DNA of 38,713 nucleotides from a virus, in the UHGV virus genome UHGV-0213026, one strand, 5' to 3'. Position 1 is the first letter of the stretch. Each line of letters begins with the position of its first letter. The notes under the pieces were generated by a model, which ran no database searches, was not told the DNA's origin, and was given only the letters and a program-made list of their open reading frames with translations. The position numbers were made by a program, and so were the translations under genes. Of this stretch, positions 34,958 through 38,713 are shown piece after piece.

Positions 34958-36007
34958 TTAGTATTCGACTTCTGGAAATGGGACTTCGCCATCAAAGGGG
35001 TCACCTTGTATTGCAGCGTGTGGTTGATAGGTATCAAATAACACTTCTTGTTTTGGTTCTTCTTTCGGCATCTGGTTTTTAAGCAAGGTCAGAAATCTTT
35101 TCGCTTGATCTTCGGTAAACTTTTTATACATGTTTGCTTTGTACTTCGTTAATAGGTCATCTTTAGTTGTTTCTAATGCTTGAGACACAACCTCAATCAT
35201 CAATTCAATTTCGGCAATCTGATCCGGAGAAGCTACTTTATTATTCTTATTCTGATCATCAACAACTGCTGCTTTATCATTCGTATTTAGTACTAATCTA
35301 GCTGCTTGTTTCATGGATTCATCTTTAGCATTCTTAGATAACCACTCTACATATGAACGATCATCTTTGGCAATTTCACCAAGAGTTCTACCTTTATTTT
35401 TACCGAAAGTAACTTTAAGAGCAGAAGCATCGCTATTATTCATAGTTTCTAGCTTTTCTTTGTTAAGCAAATCCTTCATATCCTCTACATCTTGAGTAAA
35501 TACATTAGAGAGCGATCCTACTGTCAACGCTGCATCAACTTGTGCTCGTTTTTTCGCCATTTTTAGTACTGTATTCACCAGTGTATATGGATCTTGATAA
35601 TCTCCTGTCCATACTTTCTTATGCTCAATTTCGCTCCATTCGTTCTGTCTATATCTGGATTCTTTAGTATTAGCACTTCCAAATCCTTCTGTAATAAGTT
35701 GTCCATTCTTTAGCAAAGAAGATTTCACTGTATAAGCAAAGAAACCATTCGTGTAATCTTCAACTTTATCAACTATTTCATATTCACTAGTTAGCCCCAT
35801 GAGCATTAAAATTTTTTCTGCACCTGGTTTTAAAAGTGTTGGTTTTTGAGTTCCCGGTATGGTTCCATAGTCTTGTTCCGGGCGTAATGTCTTCTGTACA
35901 ACCACTTGAAAATTATCAATGGCTTGTAGTTGTTGAGATACCTGCTCGATGTTTGCGCTCATTACCAAATCCATAGCACTATTTTGCATAACCAAGTCAT
36001 TAGACAT
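34958..36007 (-). CDS. recT: RecT-family single-strand annealing recombinase
   Basis: GTIPGTQKPTLLKPGAEKIL block typical of RecT. RBS AAAGGTGG lies 9 nt before ATG at 36007; the track start at 36040 overlaps the upstream gene. Confidence 0.75.
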   Translation of the reverse strand: MSNDLVMQNSAMDLVMSANIEQVSQQLQAIDNFQVVVQKTLRPEQDYGTIPGTQKPTLLKPGAEKILMLMGLTSEYEIVDKVEDYTNGFFAYTVKSSLLKNGQLITEGFGSANTKESRYRQNEWSEIEHKKVWTGDYQDPYTLVNTVLKMAKKRAQVDAALTVGSLSNVFTQDVEDMKDLLNKEKLETMNNSDASALKVTFGKNKGRTLGEIAKDDRSYVEWLSKNAKDESMKQAARLVLNTNDKAAVVDDQNKNNKVASPDQIAEIELMIEVVSQALETTKDDLLTKYKANMYKKFTEDQAKRFLTLLKNQMPKEEPKQEVLFDTYQPHAAIQGDPFDGEVPFPEVEY

Positions 36008-36008
36008 A

Positions 36009-36959
36009 TTACTTAGCCACCTTTCTAAAAGAAATATCATTTTGCTTCATAAATTCATTCATTGATGCTAAAGCCTCATATGTTCCAGTAACTTCCAAAA
36101 CAAAAGTCATTATTTCTGGCTCAACTTGCTCCTGCACTTTTATAACTTCACCTGTTTCCGTATCGATCGTAGTATCATTTACTTTAGAAAAGTTTTCTTT
36201 CGCTAGCTTAACCATTGCTGAATCATATTCTTCTTTTGCAATTCTTTGTCGCTCTTTTTCTTCAAGGTCAAGTCGTTTTTGCTCAACAGAATGTTTGATT
36301 TTCTCAATTACTTCTGCAGTTGAAAGACCACGATCAATTAGGTTCTCCCAAGCGTAAGGATCTAAACCAGATAACTCTGCAAATTCTTTAACAGCCTGTT
36401 TACTAGACAAAATTTGCTGTTTTTGTAAGGATAGAAACCCTAATTTACTATGAATAGCTTCGATAGTTTTCTTTGTTGGCTCTCCTTTTTTGGTAAAAGC
36501 AGTTGTGTTATACCAACTTTTATCAATTTCTAAATCCTTTAGGTCTTCATTTGTCAGGTTATGAGATACCATCATTTCTGTAAGTAATTCTTGAAGTTTT
36601 TCAAGTCGAATTGCCGTTTGTTTCGATTCAAAAGAATCAATATCTTGCTTGATTCCATCTATCACAAGTGCAAGCTGACTAGTATATTTCTTGATTTTTC
36701 GTTCGAATTCCGTCAAGGGTTTTTGAAATTCGCTTTTGACTTTTTTCCGTTCATCATCTAGCATATTTTTAATTTTGTTAAGCTCAGTTCTGGACTGCTT
36801 TGCTTCAGCCATATTCTCCTCACTGAAAACTAACGATCCATAAAATGCTACTTTTTCATCAACATACTGCTGCAGATTCTCTTCGTTTTGGATTTCTATT
36901 GTAGAAGGGTTAAAAATAACTCCTACCTTCATTTCTGTGGTCAATTCGTTTGTTGGCAT
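36009..36959 (-). CDS. DUF1351-family phage protein (RecT partner)
   Basis: N-terminus ELTTEMKVGVIFNPSTIEIQNEENLQQYVDE and coiled-coil body. Always upstream of RecT in Gram-positive phages. Confidence 0.6.
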   Translation of the reverse strand: MPTNELTTEMKVGVIFNPSTIEIQNEENLQQYVDEKVAFYGSLVFSEENMAEAKQSRTELNKIKNMLDDERKKVKSEFQKPLTEFERKIKKYTSQLALVIDGIKQDIDSFESKQTAIRLEKLQELLTEMMVSHNLTNEDLKDLEIDKSWYNTTAFTKKGEPTKKTIEAIHSKLGFLSLQKQQILSSKQAVKEFAELSGLDPYAWENLIDRGLSTAEVIEKIKHSVEQKRLDLEEKERQRIAKEEYDSAMVKLAKENFSKVNDTTIDTETGEVIKVQEQVEPEIMTFVLEVTGTYEALASMNEFMKQNDISFRKVAK

Positions 36960-37025
36960 TGTGTTTTCCCCTTTTCTGTTTTAAAATGGAGACAAAGATA
37001 TTTATCCAAATATTTGATGGACTTG

Positions 37026-37217
37026 CTATTGCTTTGGACGGCTAGCAAGTCTTTTTTCTTTGTCTTGATAATCTTTAGCAGCTAAATCATAAACAATATT
37101 AGCGAAGCCCCATAAGAAAACTAATACAAGTCCTGCTGCAATGTGGATTGCTGTGAAAGCTACTACAAAAAACAAAAGTACAGTTACGGTCAGAGTGTCT
37201 TTAATTGAACGTTTCAT
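37026..37217 (-). CDS. Small membrane protein (2 TM helices), 63 aa
   Basis: LTVTVLLFFVVAFTAIHIAAGLVLVFLWGF hydrophobic helices. Confidence 0.4.
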   Translation of the reverse strand: MKRSIKDTLTVTVLLFFVVAFTAIHIAAGLVLVFLWGFANIVYDLAAKDYQDKEKRLASRPKQ

Positions 37218-37219
37218 AA

Positions 37220-37468
37220 TTAAGCCTCCTTATAGTTAAAAGTTCTATTACGTTCTTCCCATTCCTTAACCTTTTGCAGGTCATATTGAAGAATCCCGCT
37301 AAGTTTTGAAAAAGGAATCGGATCAACATCCCGATGTGTTAATTTAGATAACGTTGGTCTTGAAATACCAAGATAATCAGCGATTTCTTTTGCTTTCTTC
37401 CACTCAACCTCAAACGATTCATTTCTTCTCTCAAGTGGCACAACATTCTTCATTTGAGATATTTTCAT
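37220..37468 (-). CDS. HTH_17/AlpA-Xis-like DNA-binding protein (putative excisionase or early regulator), 82 aa
   Basis: KEIADYLGISRPTLSKL matches the excisionase-type HTH. RBS GAGGGGG lies 8 nt before ATG. Confidence 0.55.
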   Translation of the reverse strand: MKISQMKNVVPLERRNESFEVEWKKAKEIADYLGISRPTLSKLTHRDVDPIPFSKLSGILQYDLQKVKEWEERNRTFNYKEA

Positions 37469-37473
37469 TGTGG

Positions 37474-38022
37474 TTACCCCCTCATATATCTTTTTTTGAT
37501 CCAGTGAGGCATTCTATCTTTAATAGCCTCTTGGATAGTAACGTTCAAAATCTTCAAAATAGAAAAAACGATCGCCATTTCTACGATAATTTCATCAAGA
37601 AACTCATCTGTGTAATTCCTAAGTTCAGTTTTTTCAACATCAGTCAGCATTCTCACCTGTGATTCAGCTACAATCCTTTGAACGACTTTCTTCCGTTCTT
37701 TTCTTTCATCTGACTCGATCTCTTGAAATATCTCAAGATCGTTCGTTGATTTAACATCTGCCAGTTGACCATCCATTGATTTAAAAAACCCTAAGTATTG
37801 ATAACTGATGTCTCCTGTTAATTCATCAGTGGCTTGATACCCGTTTTCTCTCATTGCCTCTAAATATTCGATAGCCTTGTCAATATTGACGTTGGCTCCA
37901 TTAAAATGATCACTTACTGTTGCATTTGGTGTGCTTGCATCGATCGCTAATTCTTTCTGTCTCTTTCCCGAAAGAAATAATGATAGTTTTAAGGTCCGAC
38001 CGATTTTTGCTGATTTCGGCAT
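37474..38022 (-). CDS. Hypothetical early protein (possible N-terminal DNA-binding region), 182 aa
   Basis: RBS AAGGAG lies 8 nt before ATG at 38022; the track start at 38133 overlaps the upstream gene by 46 nt and is probably wrong. Confidence 0.45.
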   Translation of the reverse strand: MPKSAKIGRTLKLSLFLSGKRQKELAIDASTPNATVSDHFNGANVNIDKAIEYLEAMRENGYQATDELTGDISYQYLGFFKSMDGQLADVKSTNDLEIFQEIESDERKERKKVVQRIVAESQVRMLTDVEKTELRNYTDEFLDEIIVEMAIVFSILKILNVTIQEAIKDRMPHWIKKRYMRG

Positions 38023-38086
38023 GCTTTCACTCCTTTTATTCGTTATTGTTTTTGGCGCAAACGGCCAATTTTTGTTTAGAATGAAC

Positions 38087-38341
38087 TTAAGCAACAAGTT
38101 CTGGTGTTGTGGCGAACTGCCATTTTTCGTCAATATAGGAATAAATGTCCTGTGCTACTTCATCGGTAGCTAAAAAACGAATGATGATTTCTTCAACTCC
38201 GCCAGGGTTTATGAACAGTTCGCCTTCAATACCGATTGAAATGTTAAACTTGCGTTTGATTGCAGGAATAATCATTTCTATATATTGTGGTAGAAATCCC
38301 GAATCGACATTCGCTTTTATCATTTGTGGTTTGTCTTTCAT
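38087..38341 (-). CDS. Hypothetical early protein, 84 aa
   Basis: Overlaps the cro-like stop by 4 nt, implying translational coupling. Confidence 0.45.
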   Translation of the reverse strand: MKDKPQMIKANVDSGFLPQYIEMIIPAIKRKFNISIGIEGELFINPGGVEEIIIRFLATDEVAQDIYSYIDEKWQFATTPELVA

Positions 38342-38565
38342 TTCGCCACCTCTTCTAACTCATTTTTGTAGTTAAACGCCATAAAAAAAATTTCTTCTTT
38401 TGGTGTATTGAAAATATCCTCAATATGTTGCATTTGAGAAGGCTTTGGACTAGTTCTTCCAATTTCCCATGAACTAATTGTTTTTTGCGATACTTTCAGT
38501 AATTCAGCAAGTTTTCCTTGTGACATATATTGACTTGATCTTATTTCCGCAAGTTTGTTTTCCAT
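38338..38565 (-). CDS. Cro-like XRE-family HTH regulator, 75 aa
   Basis: HTH_3 signature SQGKLAELLKVSQKTISSWEIGRTSP. First gene of the leftward early operon, divergent from the cI-like gene at nt 1 across the junction. Confidence 0.75.
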   Translation of the reverse strand: MENKLAEIRSSQYMSQGKLAELLKVSQKTISSWEIGRTSPKPSQMQHIEDIFNTPKEEIFFMAFNYKNELEEVAK

Positions 38566-38713
38566 GATTTCACCCCCATTACTATCTTATGTAGTAATAA
38601 TATACTACAAAAAGTAGTATGTCAAACGTTTTTACTACATTTTTTTGTAAAAGTATTTATTTGCTTTCTCTACTACGGTATGTAGTATATAATTTTATTG
38701 GAGGAGGGGTCAT
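38566..38713. promoter_or_regulatory. Genetic switch region: divergent promoters plus array of TACTAC/GTAGTA operator half-sites forming inverted repeats (38591-38608, 38602-38620, 38670-38688; extra half-sites 38580-38585, 38633-38638)
   Basis: Seen directly: ATACTAC-aaaaa-GTAGTAT, CTACTAC-ggtat-GTAGTAT and GTAGTA-ataata-TACTAC. TATAAT-like -10 at 38688-38693 overlaps one operator. RBS GGAGGAGGGG for the nt-1 gene. Confidence 0.6.

Larger units (their letters stand above)
1..38713. mobile_element. Complete temperate siphovirus genome (circularly permuted), read as a circle; modules: lysogeny, int/attP, accessory, lysis, tail, head, packaging, late activator, replication, switch
   Basis: Full set of phage modules in canonical order. 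cI-like gene starts exactly at nt 1 and its RBS GGAGGAGGGG lies at 38701-38710. Divergent cro-like gene is the last ORF. Integrase lies next to arm-type repeats. Confidence 0.7.

Overview
The window reads as a complete, circularly permuted genome of a temperate siphovirus from a low-GC Firmicute. It looks Lactobacillales/Enterococcus-like: ArpU-type late activator, collagen-like tail fibre, Amidase_2 endolysin, TP901/SPP1-style morphogenesis genes. This is sequence-based reasoning only; no searches were run. Position 1 is the ATG of a CI/ImmR-like XRE repressor, and the window ends with the divergently transcribed cro-like gene followed by an operator-rich switch region. The RBS for the first gene sits at 38701-38710, so the window is most simply read as circular.

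Gene order on the plus strand from position 1 is: immR-like XRE, an immA-like gene, a membrane protein, a lipoprotein, a tyrosine integrase, then an attP-like region with arm-type direct repeats. Two AT-rich three-gene accessory operons of unknown function follow at 3553-5742, then tRNA-Met(CAT) and a roughly 420-bp noncoding region.

On the minus strand from the right end downwards the order is: cro-like gene and early genes, including an Xis-like HTH, DUF1351 with RecT, a DnaD-like replisome organiser, RusA and an unexpected second tyrosine recombinase; an early accessory cluster of small ORFs; the ArpU late activator; tRNA-Pro(TGG); a self-contained membrane-anchored accessory gene; TerS and TerL; portal; the SPP1 gp7-like minor head protein; a plus-strand accessory gene embedded in the head module; an XkdF-like protease/scaffold; the capsid protein; connector proteins; the major tail protein; chaperones; the tape measure; Dit; a Tal carrying a calcineurin-like metallophosphoesterase domain; a collagen-like tail fibre; and the holin and Amidase_2 endolysin.

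The main hunting targets are the accessory cassettes of unknown function. Two of these operons end in a three-copy palindromic terminator (a third copy closes the lysis module), a third cassette sits between its own promoter and terminator beside TerS, and a fourth runs against the grain in the head module. The second recombinase and the phosphoesterase-bearing tail tip are also flagged.
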